Below are positions 14,076 to 28,114 of a DNA stretch of 64,000 nt, one piece after another. Both the position numbers and the translations under genes were made by a program. Below the pieces are notes generated by a model. That model was not told the DNA's origin and ran no database searches. It was given only the letters and a program-made list of their open reading frames with translations. The DNA is from Octopus vulgaris (lineage: Eukaryota), in NCBI GenBank assembly GCA_951406725.2, contig OX597823.1:44454001-44518000 (forward strand), read 5' to 3'. Numbering within the stretch: the stretch's first letter is position 1; each line of letters begins with the position of its first letter.

Positions 14076-14365
14076 TTTATGTATACATCAGTATGTGTAA
14101 AAGACAGATTACAACCGGAGCACTCTAAGTATTTGTCATCAGGGGTTGTAGAAAATTAATTAATGAAAAATTAATTGCAATATATTGTTTCAATTAATTG
14201 ATTGGAGTCGTACTGTCAGTTAAATAATTGATTGCTGTCACATCAATTAATTGCAACATTGTCAGCGAAAAGTTTTCAAATGGCTCATACTTCATTCGAC
14301 CTTCAGTTGGAATATAGCGTTCTGTTATTATTTGAGGTATTGTGTCGACGCTTTGTTCTGACTGC

Positions 14366-14812
14366 TGTCGTGCTTAGGAACTGACTTATTGTGTATGTTG
14401 TCAAGTATTGATGCTTGGTTCGGACTGCTGAGAATGATACGTATTCTATCCACTAGCGTAGCTAGAGTGTGTGCCGCCCGGGCCAGCCTTCCGTTTGCCG
14501 CCTCCGGACACCACGAAAAACACTTATTGTCTACAGCAGATCCAAAAGTTCCGCCCCGTTGAAAGTGTCACCCGGGGTGGACCACCCCCTACCGCCCCGA
14601 CTAGTCACGCTAGTGATTCTATCATGCTTGGTAATTGGCTATTGTGTATGTTGTCAAATAACCGCTGTCGAGTGTTGACGCTTGGTTAGGACTGCCGAGA
14701 ATGATTAACACATTCTGTCGTGTTTGGGAATTGGCTATTGTGTATGTTGTCAAATACTCGCTGTCGTGTGATTCTTAGTTCTGACTGTCGAGAATGATTC
14801 GCCCATTTTGTC
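14366..14812 (+). repeat. Three ~90-bp tandem units in the hAT 5' region, interrupted by the MITE
   Basis: TATTGTGTATGTTGTCAA...GACTG..GAGAATGAT recurs three times. Confidence 0.8.
14451..14615. mobile_element. 165-bp hAT-type MITE nested in the hAT element
   Basis: TIRs CACTAGCGTAGCTAG / CTAGTCACGCTAGTG. Perfect 8-bp TSD ATTCTATC at 14443-14450 and 14616-14623. Confidence 0.9.
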
Positions 14813-14963
14813 TTCAAGTCATTAAATCGTAACTTCGCCTGCAACGGGGTTGTATCTTGAATTCTGCTCCAACATATTGACTGAATCAGACTTTCATCAG
14901 TGGAGTGGCGAAATATCTTCTATTTTGAACTGTGGTGAAATATCTTTTATTCTAAACTAACCC

Positions 14964-16494
14964 ATGTCGCGTGAAAATGAGCAAATTGCCAGAAAATATT
15001 TTAACCAAACAGACAGTGAACATGTATGGAAATGCGAGTGCGGAAAAAAGTTGATCCAGAAAAAAAGGAACTGGATGGACAAATCTTATGAATCATAAAA
15101 AACCAGTATCCAGAGTATTCTACTACACAAGCAACTGGACAACCATCTTTATCGAGTTTTCTTTCACCAAGAAGTAGTTTGGTCACTCGCTCGGCCTTAA
15201 ATGTTTATGGTTGGATTGAGTGGCTATGTGTTGGTTTAAAATCATTCTCCTTTACTGAAGACCCATTGACTTGTGAGTACACAAACTTGGGAAGTATGAT
15301 AAATGTGACCTTAAAGAAATATATGGAGAAACTTAATCAAGAATTGGATAAGAAAATATCTGAAGAACTTCCAAGTAAAGTTTCGTTAGTAATCGACGGT
15401 TGGACTAAGGGTTCGAAGTATCTCATTGGACTTTTTGCATCCTATTCGTGCAATTATCAAAATGACTATTGTACTGTTTCGCTGGTATTTTCGCCAATGG
15501 TAAGTGAAACATCATTTACTGCTTCTGATTATGTCGAATTTATAGAGTATGTGTTAAGTGTCTATAACAAAAATTCAGAAAATGTTGTAGCTATTACCGG
15601 AGATAATACTGGAGTGAACAAATCTATAGCGAATTTGTGTAGAATACCATTGATTGGATGTGCCTCTCATAAATTCAATCTAGCTGTTTCTGCTTATCTC
15701 GACAAGCAGGAAGTTCTGCTTGATATAATTAATATGTTGTTGAGCAAGCTAAAATCATTAAAACTTGCGGGTAAACTTCGAGAGAAAACGCCTTTGCAAA
15801 CTATACAAAGAAATAAAACCCTTTGGTCCAGTAATTATGACATGATTGAGAGGTACATCCAACTCAAGCCGTTTTTAGATTCTTTTCAGGGGGATCCAAA
15901 GCTGGTTGATTATCTGTTGTCTCCACGCGATCATAATGATCTACAGACTCTAGAAGACAATTTAGGTAAGTTACGCTCAGTAACAGTCGCCTTGCAAAGA
16001 ACAAAAATTGATTTGGGAAATGCTCGAATTCTTTTTGACGAAATTTTCGCATTTTGTCCTTACGATGAGTTTGAAAATATTTGCTTCCATCGGCAGCCAT
16101 TGTGCCCAGCGCAAATTTTAAAAGTGGAGTTGTGAAAATTTTACAAAATGTAGAAGCAGAACTAACTGCAGATGAAGTGGCTGCTCTACACCAGCTGAAA
16201 GTGATGACAGACACATCAAAACAGTCTGATTTACTTCTAGAAGATGATGATTTTGCTTCAATTTGTTTGAAAAAAACACAAAAAGATAAAATTTCACCTC
16301 AGCAATATCTGAACTGCAGATTTTTGTTACCAACGGCCAACATCTTGGAACGTTTCTTCAGCTCAGCAGGTTACACTTTTAATGATTTTCGGCAATACTT
16401 AACACCAATGAATTTAGAAATGCAATTATTTCAAAAAGTCAATCGCGCTTTCTGGGCTGAAGACCTAGTTTCAGAAATTTGCAATCATCCATGA
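14964..16494 (+). pseudogene. hAT transposase, frameshifted
   Basis: ATG at 14964: MSRENEQ..WKCECGKKLIQKK/GTGWTNLMNH (BED-like finger). Then DGWT, TGDN, CASH (CxxH), TLWSS (RW-like motif) in ORF 15179-16135, and ERFFS in ORF 16081-16494. At least three frameshifts. Confidence 0.88.
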
Positions 16495-18639
16495 CCTTTT
16501 GCTATATTAGAACATTTTAACGGTGCTTCTCGTTTGGGAAACTCTTTCAATCTATTTGTTTCTCAACTACTGTACAATGTAGAGCATACATGTTTGTTCC
16601 CTATTCTATAACAATAAAATTAAACTTTGAACGTTTTCTAAAGTTTTTTTTGAAGCTATAAGACGTGCCTTTTATTTTCCTATCATTTTGGCTCTTATCT
16701 AAATCGAAGCTAAAACTCCAAAATATATGATGTTTTTACGTTCGGCAAACTAATTGACATTTAATTGCAATAATTGATTGACCAGCATCCCAATTAAAAT
16801 AATTGATTGCTAGTAAAATAATTGATTGGAAAGGTTCCAATCAATTATTTACAACCCCTGTTGTGGAAATTGCTTTTGGCTGAAATCCGAGTTATTTAAA
16901 TGTGAACTCGACTATTAAAAATTTTAAATCTCGGATTCCCCTCGTGTCATCTAATCGAGGTGTAGGTATCTTTTATAAAAATGTGTTATATGTGGAAATG
17001 TGATGAGACAAAATGTGGCCAAGGTTTATACTTAAATGAAAGAGGGCATGTGTGTTTTATTTTCTGAGGAGGATCCTTCCTAAGTGACAGTAAAATCGTA
17101 ATGGTCCATTTATCGATTACTAGTTTAAAAGTCCGTGCGGACTTTTAAGCTACCTCATGCAGATGGCTAATTGGGTCTGCGGCCCCAAACTAAAGAGAGC
17201 TAAATAACATGACTATAATATGTCTATAATGACTATATACCCCGGTGGTGTTTGACCGGAGTTTAAGGACGGATGAGAATTAATTCTGTAATGCAATCAT
17301 TCTATTGTTCCCGTCCGACATTGAATTACAATTATTGACCAATTTCTCCCAAAGTTCTTATCTCGACGTAAAATTAACGAGGCGAATAGTATTTATCTCC
17401 CTTTAATCTCTGACGTCATTTGACAAATGCCAATTAAGATGACGTGAATCAGCCAAGTTTTACCTGCTAGAAATAGCAACCCAAATGCTTTTAAATCAGA
17501 TGTTCAAGAACCAAATGAAGAGCAGATTTTTAATCCCGGGATCATCCTGATTCCAAAAAAGTATAATATGTCTGTTGAGCAAATGTAGACCGAGATACAA
17601 ACGGACAGACAGAATTTCGTTTTTAATATTATAGATGTGATCTGGTTAACTCGCCATGATTTGGTGGAGCTAGAATGTCTCTGTGCTCTGAGTTCAAGTC
17701 CCGACAAAGTCAACTGTCGATAAAAACAAACAAACAAAAATCAACCCACAGTGGTGGACTGGAGGAAATGTAAGAACGTCGGACTGGTAGTCATTCCTGC
17801 CATTTGCGTTCTGGTGGTAAACTTAAAACACCCACTCGTTTGATAACACCATCTAGCACTTTGGGTCTACTCTATTGCAGGCAAGGTTTGTGAGCATTGT
17901 CTCCCCTCTTGACTAAAAAAACAAAAAAGAAGAAAATACAGATCAGTCTGCGCAACAATATTAAATATATTTACGCAGGTCTAAAAAATCACATGTGCTG
18001 TGTGACGCTATACATATCAGATGCAAATAAAGCATAAGCTCTGTAACAGCTATTGCATACATGATCAGCCATGAAACACAAAGTACTGTCTGGTTGTTGA
18101 TAGATATACAAGAGTTTATGTATATGACACTTAACTAGTCTATCATCACTTATGACATCGTAAACTGGTATTTTTATGCGCATGCAGAGTGTATACATAC
18201 ATACATACATACGTGTGTGAGTGTGTGTGTGTGTGTCTGTGTGAGTGTGTGTGTGTGTATGTGTGTGAGTGTGTGTGTGTCTGTGTGTGTGTGGTCGTGT
18301 ATTGAAACAGATTATGTTTCAAGATTATTTCCTGTCACTCTCACATGGCCTCTGTCTACATGCGAAAAGCTATGTTTGAAAATAGATTAATAAATTTTTC
18401 TCATCCTGTGTCGTTGGTTCGACACTTACGTGTGAAATTTTGAAGAACTAAGACTAGTATCATTTGGACAAGGGTCTATATCATTAAAGAAAACATCACA
18501 GAAGATGAAACACCCACTGTGTCTCTCTCTAAATTAAGCACTTTCCGAACTTCTGTGTTTATTGGCCCTATTACAAACCTAACAAAGCCTTCATCGATGC
18601 CTCAATAACGCTCTCAGTAATGTCAGAGAGTAAATTTTT

Positions 18640-18810
18640 TTTTAAAAAGTAGGTAAGTCGATTATATCGGCTCAACTGGTACTTATTTTAGCGACCCCAA
18701 AAGGATGAAAAGTAAAATCGACCACGGTGAAGCTTGAACTCAGAGCGACGAAATGCCGCTAAACATTTTGGCCGGCGTGCTAATGATTCTGCCACATTGC
18801 CACCTTATCA
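18640..18810 (-). mobile_element. SINE family A copy
   Basis: CTGGTACTTATTTT..CGACCCCAAAAGGATGAAAAG..TTGAACTCAGA..TGCTAATGATTCTGCC. Confidence 0.75.
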
Positions 18811-19663
18811 ATAATAATACATTGTAATGTTGTATAGTATTAGCAAAATGATTAAATAATCTATTTTTATTATCGGTACGATACATAAACTTTTCAAATG
18901 TTAAGACTGTCCATTGTTAAAAGTCAAAGGAGATCATTTTACTTTAAAGCGCGATCAAACATGAACAATAATTGATACTATAACAAAGGAAGCTTCTCAT
19001 TAATTAGTTGCTATTATATAACTTTTACTAAAGGAGAGCAATTATTAAGTTCTACAAAATTCTTACAATTTCCAATTTTAATATATATATATATTTTTAA
19101 TGAAAATGTGGTTTTGAAACTTCTTTTACTGTTGAAGATTTCAATAACACGCTAACCAGATAACAATTCTATTCAATTCTGTTCACTGTGACATGTTTTT
19201 TTTTAACGTCTTACATTTTTCTTTTTCTACTGTATCCTAGCAACGGTCTCCCTCTCCCTCTCTTTTACTTCCCATCTCTTCTTTGTTTATCGCCTCTATT
19301 TCTATTAGTCTCTGTCGCCACTATTTCTATTAGTCCTTCTATATCCTTATGCCCTCATCTCTCTCACACTTATTCGCACCCTCTTTTATTTTCAACGATT
19401 TTTTTCCCATTCGGTTTATACACTATTGTGTATAACCACCGAATGCATTATTTGTTTATAGTTTAGAATTTCTCAGTTCAACATATAATTTTCGTCTTTC
19501 TGTTACTTCTTTCCTTTTCATTCCAAGCAACGCTATCTGTCTGTCTGTTTGTCTCTTTCTATATATAATATATATAATATATATATATATATATATAATA
19601 TATATATATATAATATATATAATATATAATATATAATGTATGATATATAATATATAATATATG

Positions 19664-19702
<39 letters not shown>

Positions 19703-20032
19703 ATTAATAAAATAAAACATATGCATATATATAAACATATATGTACATACCTACCTCTACATGTACATATACACGCATATATGAGTACAGGACACCAAAA
19801 AGTCGTCGAACACAATGAGAAACGAAAACATATACACAAACCAAAGGAACTGGACATTTTTTTAAACAACAAAAAAATAGAGTACAGGACAATTAACACA
19901 AAGAAAAATACCCTTCTTCAGTCGCTAAGGTTTCATCTACTCTACGTTTCGAAGGTGAAAGCGAGACGTATCTTCGACAAGAAACTTTCCTTCCTGCGAA
20001 AAGCAAATCAATTAAAATTCTGAGATATATAT

Positions 20033-20112
<80 letters not shown>

Positions 20113-20115
<3 letters not shown>

Positions 20116-20790
20116 AATAGAGTTAAACGCAGGTGTTATTCAAATATTTTTACTTCCGACATATGTTTCGAAGAAAACATTGGTATTATTCTAGAAGAAA
20201 TAAAATGGTGTAAAACAATACAATCTTCTCATCAGGGAAAGAAAGAAACCAAACATCAATAAGACATTTTAACAGAATGTGATGACCGCGTATAATGTGA
20301 AGGGAACGCTATCAAGTTTTTATTTAATAATAATAAGTTGTTAAATACAAATCCACTAAAGGAAAATACCAACGTTGATTTTATTAACACTAACCATTCT
20401 TTAAATAATAATGAGGCGGGGTTATTGTTTCTGAAGTTGACTCTAATCACATTAATTTTCTTAGCAGTAATTCTAAGTCCAAAAACTCTATTTATCTGTG
20501 TAAAATTACTTCCGGTTCTGACGTCTTTTTTAAATAGGTAGTTCTTCATCTCAATTGTCCAAAAGAATATCTTATCATTAATCCACATTTAGGCATATCA
20601 ATAAACGTAACAATACTGGGCTTAGTAAATTAATCTGATATCTAAAAGATAATAATAATTTAATTTGGAATGGAATATTTTCTCTATATCTTTAACGTAT
20701 GGTAAAGGTAAATATTTTTGTTCACCTTGTAACTGTGAAATGTACTTTATCCTGTTCTCAAAGAACCCCCTTGTAAACACGTTAATAGAC
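20113..20790 (-). mobile_element. Decayed Penelope-like 3' fragment ending in a hammerhead
   Basis: Minus strand near 20680-20730 reads KYLPLPYVKDIEKI, resembling the PLE post-RT 'PY' motif. Hammerhead at the 3' end, then (TA)n. Confidence 0.45.
20154..20239 (-). ncRNA. Type-I hammerhead ribozyme motif with intact core
   Basis: Minus strand: TTCC-CTGATGA-GAAGA...TCTTC-GAA-ACATATGT-C-GGAA, with a GUC cleavage triplet. Lies next to (TA)n at ~20030-20112. Confidence 0.8.
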
Positions 20791-22241
20791 CGCGTTTAAC
20801 GTTGCAAACATTGACAGAAACATACCTTTAGTTCCTATAAGTGATTTCTACCATTCTATAAAATTCGACCTTTGACTGTTTTCTTGCATTTCACTTCCAC
20901 TAAATATATCTACTTCCATACCTTTATGATTTATTCTAATTCACCTATCACTCTATATCTCTCCACTATTTACATACCCCCATTTTACACACACACACAC
21001 ACACATATATTCACACAGAGTTGAAACGCTGTTTGATTTATTTTTCAGGGTACAATTTTCATTATCCCACTACCAAGTATGACATGATCCCTTCCTTCCT
21101 TCCTTCCTTCCTTCTTTATTCATCTATCACCCCTTACTTTCTCATTCATAAACAAAAGAGTATTATTATAGTAGATTATCTCGGTAACCATGGGAGCTAT
21201 GAAAAATACAACGCCCAGCATCACCACCGGATCATTCTACACATCTGTGTAATTTTTCGCGCAATTCCACCCAGCCGTTTTGACCGTGAATCCCCAAACA
21301 AGAAAGAATCACCCATGTCAAATTTACACACACACACGCACACACACACACACACACACATACATATATATATATTTATATAGCTACACACACTCACACA
21401 CGTACTATTATAATAAAAACACAAATCTTGTTAAATACAACTACGCAGGATTTCGTAGCAGAAATAATAAAAAAAAATGGATAACAATTTATTTCGACCA
21501 GGAAATCTTGGATAGTTGTATTTAACAAGATTGGTGGCTTTTATTATAATATTATCTTTACACTCTTAGCTGATCGAGTGCTTTTCTACTTGTTAAAGCA
21601 TTACCACATAATCTCTCTCAAACTGCCAATACGTCTTTTCTCCATTCCATTTTCTTTTGTCTTCCTTATTGTTTGTTTGCTTTGTACAGACATCTCCCCG
21701 CATCTGTATTAACTGTAATATTTATTCTCACCCGATCCAACAAAATTTCTATGGTATCTATGGCGACGAGGATTTCGTAGCTCACACAGCCACTGTGTAG
21801 TATTGCTATATAGCAGAGTCTCTGGTTTAACTGTGATTGGTTTGTTGTTTTTTTTTCTGTTATTATGGATACTTATTAAGTCACTTATGAGAACAAGGAA
21901 AATTACTTTCTCATGTTGCTTATTTACATTGTATCCTGTCTGTGGTTCTCTTTGTGTAGCGGCTCAGCTTTTTTTATTTCATTTATATTTTTGTTGATGA
22001 GAGATTTGAAATTGGTATTACGTATGTATCCGATTTGTTTGTTATAGTTGTTTCTACGTAATGCAACAATGTTATATCGAACAAACTTATTGAAAATGTC
22101 CTTATTAGCGGATAAACTGGATATTCTAAATGATATGCTTTTGGTATGTCCATTGGTAATGATCTTGAATGGTTAGAAACTTTATTTATGTAGTTTAGAT
22201 TTTCGTTATATACATACATATACGTACACACATACACATAC

Positions 22242-23030
<789 letters not shown>

Positions 23031-24180
23031 TCATTGTCATCGTCGTCATCATCATCATCATCATCGTTGTTATCATTATTATTAAGGCGGCGGGATGGCA
23101 GAATCGTTTGCACGCCGGATGAAATTCTTAGCGGTATTTCGTCTGTCTTTACGTTAAAATTCTTGTTCTTATTATTACCTGATTACATAAATTACATTAG
23201 TTTTTGCCAGGTACCATATTCATGAAAACAGTAAAGGTATGCAGGCGCGAATCATACGCAATAGCTAGTGTTTTATTTGATATCTCTTTTATTTTATATT
23301 TCAGTGAAGTTAAAGCAATAGTAGTCTTTCTTTTTTTAAATTTTTTTTTTTTCGCATATTAAGATTTCCTTTGTGAAACACCTATCAACTTCCTTTCGGA
23401 TAGTATAGTCCTTTAGAACTAAGTTTTGGAAACAATGTGATAAATAAACGTTTCATTCATAAGTGTGTTAAGTGTGGGTGTATAAAGAGGTGGGTGTATA
23501 AAGAGGTGGGTGTGTGAATTGAGGAAATGCTATCACAACAAATAGTTAAATGTAAAACGCAATACTCAAGCACACATACATACTCATGTGGATATTCATG
23601 CATACGATTGGGTGTTTCCGTGAACAGGGAGCCTCATCGTTGTTCTTAAACCGGCCTGAAATAGCAGCCAAATACTCTCAAATACAATCTGCCATCTTGA
23701 ACAAAGAGAAGATATAACTGACAATGTAGTCCCTGGTATAAATAGGTTGGTCACGGCTGGAACATTTTTATCATGTCTTTTCAATCATGGAGCACTTATG
23801 GTTAAACAACAACAACTGCAGCAACAATAAAAATTCTTGTTTGCTATTGCTCTCTCTCTCTCTCTTTCGCGTTATTTAATTGCTACATCTCCAATCTCCT
23901 CGATTCCTCCTAATCCCTATCTTCATCTTTCTCTCTTCCTTCCCTCCTTCTCTCTCTCTCTCTCTCTCTTTCTCTTACTTTCTCTCAGTCTGTCTCTCTA
24001 TTGCCCTTTTTTTCGCATGCACTCCCATATCGCTTTAAAAAATAACGGTACGATTGTAAATGACCACTTCAGTAAAAAAAACAAAAACACTTTTGTATAG
24101 TTTGGAGTTTGGGTCTATGTGAGGTTTTAGGTCAGGGTCACTGAAAAAGAATCTTTTGTGTTTATTTGCACCTAACAACT

Positions 24181-24238
<58 letters not shown>

Positions 24239-24899
24239 CAACAATAACAACAAGAAAAGCAATAGTAATAGCAATGGTAAAAAAAGCACCAATAGTAAGA
24301 TTAACTTTTCTGGTTACTGATATATTTAGCTGTTTTTACGATTACAGTGAAAAAGTTGTATTAAAGGTAATAAAAACTACATAAAAAGCCAAAGCAAAAC
24401 AACAAAACAGTTGCAACAACAACAACAACAACAACAGGATTACTAGCCGAAAAAGCAACACTAACAATGAAATAATACTTAATATTAACCACAATACTTA
24501 CGGCAATGTCGTATCTTCATACCGTATCAGACAAAAGGACTAAGTTCCTATAAAAGGAACAAACCAAATAGTGTATTACTTACCTATACACTGCACTACA
24601 CAAGACTAAATTAGATTATGTACGACAAAGCACTGTAATACATTTGCACTGCATTGCACAACACTACAATATAATGGAAACTCAGTGGTCTATCCTAAAC
24701 TACAATATATTCTTATTAATTGACTGTGTACTACAGTATATTATATTAACATTTCAGACCATACAACACCACTCTTCCCTCTCTGCAATACATTTTACTA
24801 GGCAAAACTACATTGTGATTTCTCTTAAATTGATGCTGTTTTGCACGATTTTGCGATATTAAGTAGTGCTTTGCTTTTCCTTATTACGTTCTGATAATA

Positions 24900-25017
24900 A
24901 TGATATAAAAATCTCATCATAGACTTATGTTAAAATATAATATATAGTAGCGTGTCGAACATCGTCGCTGCAGTGACTCTCGAGAACAACAGATGCGTTT
25001 CGCCTTTGTTAAGGCTT
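24900..25017 (+). repeat. 118-bp direct repeat, copy 1
   Basis: Matches 26670-26787 with 2 mismatches. Confidence 0.9.
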
Positions 25018-25239
25018 TAGATTGTTTTAAAAAGTCCACGTCATAGTTAGACACACTTTGCGATGCACCAGTGTACCACGTTTGGCAGAAGGGTTCTTCA
25101 TCAGAGTGACTGCTCCTTTTCTTCACTGAAAATTTATTTTCCTTTTGTATTTACTATATACCGGCGTAGACTATTGACAGTTACCTCAGATTCTGCTGCT
25201 TAACTTTTGCCGATAGTTTAAGAATGACTCAAGGGAGCT

Positions 25240-26070
25240 AATGACGAAACAATATTGGAGTTGGTCGTGCAAAGATGATTTGTAAGAGGAAAATTGTGAG
25301 CTTCCTGACAGCTGCCCAAGATGACGCATTCAATATAAATCAAGTGAAAAAAGAAGATACCTACCATCTGAGAAACTAACCAATACTGATCTTGTGCGGA
25401 GAAAAGTGAGAATATGACCCACTTTGTCACTGGCTGTAAACTGTCATCCCAGAAATATTACAAATGTCATGACAAAATTTACATTAATATTGGGATGTTT
25501 GTCGAAAATATGGATTTGAAAAAGTCTCTGCAAAATCCTACTAGTCTAAGATCAAAAGGACACTGGTAAACAATCAAGTAAAAACCTTAAGGGACTCTAA
25601 CATTGAAAGAGATCATGTCAGAACTCAAAACCTGATATTGTGGTTGTTCATACAGACATAAATGAAAGTTTTTATAATCGATATTGCTATATCTGGAGAC
25701 TAGATACCGAACAACATGAATTTGAGAAAACTGATAATGCGATTGCCTATAAAGAAACAAACAAATGTTTTATAATCGACATTGCTATAATTGGAGAGCA
25801 CAATACTGCCCCCAAAGAATTCCAAAACATTGATAACTACTCAGAACTTATGTGAAAATTCTCAAAAAAGTGGAAGAGCAGGAGGACATGTTGAAATCAA
25901 ATATAGTCGGAACAAAAGAGAGAGACACAGTTATTAAAAAGTAGTTCCTATTCTATCTAAGAAAAAGAAACAAAAAAAAAAGAAAGAAAAAAGAAAAAGA
26001 TACCTGCATGTATCAAAACGGTATCAGTATATGAAGATTTGCATTGTTTGGAATTAATAATATTCTTAAA
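25240..26070 (+). mobile_element. Old R4/Dong-like LINE C-terminal fragment
   Basis: FLTAAQDDAF, CGEKSENMTHFVTGC (zinc knuckle remnant), and KPDIVVV..FIIDIAI. (TAA)n array follows at 26233-26500. Confidence 0.7.
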
Positions 26071-26231
26071 AAAAAAGAAAAGAAATTACATTCTGACCGA
26101 CATCTTTATAACAATTGATATCATTTTCAATTTCCAGTTACAACACCCATATTGAATATAGAAATATGAACAAATTGATAGTTGCAGTAGTGGTAGTATT
26201 AGTAACAGCAGCAGTAAAAGTAATAGTAGGA

Positions 26232-26232
<1 letters not shown>

Positions 26233-26301
<69 letters not shown>

Positions 26302-26376
26302 TAATAATAATAATAATATAATAATAATAATAATAATAATAATGATAATAATAATAATAATGATAATAATAATAAT

Positions 26377-26461
<85 letters not shown>

Positions 26462-26502
26462 CTGATAATAATAATAATAATGCTGATAATAATAATAATA
26501 AT
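26233..26502. repeat. (TAA)n microsatellite
   Basis: About 270 bp of TAA with occasional TGA. Confidence 0.95.
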
Positions 26503-26669
26503 TTCTTTTTCATCAGGACGATGGGCGAGGAGGCGATATAAAGATATAAAATGTTTGGGTTCTACATATAATAGATTGAAAAAGAAACTGATATTTTTAA
26601 ATGTAAGTAGACATATTATGCAATCAGCATCTCTATTTCAAATTAAATGTAAAGCTATCGTTTGCAGGC

Positions 26670-26787
26670 ATGATATAAAAATCTCATCATAGACTTATGT
26701 TAAAACATAATATATAGTAGCGTGTCGAACATCGTCGCTGCAGTGACTCTCGAGAACAAAAGATGCGTTTCGCCTTTGTTAAGGCTT
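26670..26787 (+). repeat. 118-bp direct repeat, copy 2
   Basis: Matches 24900-25017. Confidence 0.9.
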
Positions 26788-27725
26788 GTCAGTACCGTTT
26801 ACTCTGACTCGCGCCTGTTTTTTCTTCTCTATAAGTTCTCTAAAGAACACCAATGTGGAATTTCAATTGACAACTTCGCCGAAATGTTAGAGGGTCTTCA
26901 CTTGACCCAGGATTGCAGCTCTCTCTTAAAGAGGCAAGTATAGTTTCCCATCGTTTCTCATCGCGCACGCTTATGTGCGCGGGTGATTCAGATTCTTTGA
27001 ACAAAATTTGTCTGTACAACGAATCAAGATAGAATATTTTGCTATGTTAGATATTTTAAGGAACTCTTATATATATATGAACCACTGAGGTGAATTACTC
27101 AGCGATCCCATTCGTATGAAAAAATAGTTAAGTTAGTGTTAACATGTATAATATAATTAGCATGAAAAGCAGGTTAGAAATAGCTGTACAGTGAGGAAAA
27201 TATAAATTACATCAGCTCAATCACTGATATTATTTTAATCATTTCGGCAAGTGGAGGAGATAGCTGTTTCATTGCTCTTAGGGCTCCTCAACGAAGTATA
27301 ACTTCACTGTATTTTGGAATTTTCGAGTAAATCACTATGTAACAGTAGATCCAGGAATTTATTTGAAAAACATAAAAAAATGCTGAGCGAATTCCGGAGG
27401 ATACTTATGAGATCCGTTTTGAGACAACTATTCGGTAACATAGATTGACGTTTCTTGTTAAAACTGGATTAGAGAATCTCCGAGCTGTTGTTACCGCAAA
27501 GGATACTTTTCAGTCTAAAGCAGGAAATGCGTAGTTCAGACCTTGTTTTCTTCCGTCAGGATGTTGTAAAAAAAATCTATCGTTGAATATTACGTAAATA
27601 TGTATATATTATTCGCTGTTCAGTATAACATCCCTTATTATTATCTTATAATTTCAGTCAACCTTTTTCTTAAAATATGAACATGTATTCACCATTCAAT
27701 CGAATAATATATATTATAAAAATAT

Positions 27726-27783
<58 letters not shown>

Positions 27784-27866
27784 GCACACACACATACACA
27801 CACACACACACGCACGCACGCATACACACACACACACACACACACACAGACACACACACACAGTGT

Positions 27867-28110
27867 GAAGGCGCATGGCTTAGTGGTTAAGGTGTTGCAT
27901 TCATGATTCCGAGATCGCGGGTTCTATTCCCAGACCGGACGTTACGTTGTGTTCTTGAGCAAAGCACTTCATTCCACGTTGCTCTGCGATCATTTCAACA
28001 TGACACATTTCGACATGTGTAACCCATTGCACCTGTACAGGTAATGTCGATCTATACAAACATTTGATCACTATAAACAAATCATCTGTGTGGTTGTTCG
28101 GTAAGTAATC
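27867..28110 (+). mobile_element. tRNA-derived SINE (family D)
   Basis: GGCGCATGGCTTAGTGGTTAAGG (box A)...GGGTTCTATTCCC (box B-like), then GTTGTGTTCTTGAGCAAAGCACTT. Confidence 0.7.
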
Positions 28111-28114
28111 CAGT

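Larger units (their letters stand above)
14140..16860 (+). mobile_element. Full-length hAT DNA transposon (2721 bp)
   Basis: TIRs CAGGGGTTGTA (14140-14150) and TACAACCCCTG (16850-16860). Subterminal AATTGATTG/AATTAATTG repeats at both ends. Internal transposase. No clean 8-bp TSD. Confidence 0.9.

Noticed and set aside
14132-16868. 8-bp TSD for the large hAT
   Set aside because: Flanks TTTGTCAT and TTGTGGAA do not match.
19760-20025. GAAACGTA followed by CTGAAGA on the minus strand (similar arrangement at 60296-60435)
   Set aside because: The boxes are in an order that I could not close into three stems. Probably truncated PLE-type termini; not counted as ribozymes.
24186-24240. (CAG)n tract as a polyQ/polyA exon
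   Set aside because: No splice sites or complex coding flanks; it grades into CAA/TAA repeats.
25070-25110. Minus-strand CTGATGA-AGAA ccc TTCT hairpin
   Set aside because: Followed by GCCAAA rather than GAAA, and no stem I partner.
24900-26787. Direct repeats as LTRs of a second TRIM
   Set aside because: No terminal CA, PBS or PPT.
27867-27940. tRNA gene-like box A/B sequences (also 9540-9613, 23085-23160, 39740-39825)
   Set aside because: They continue into SINE bodies and give no convincing cloverleaf.
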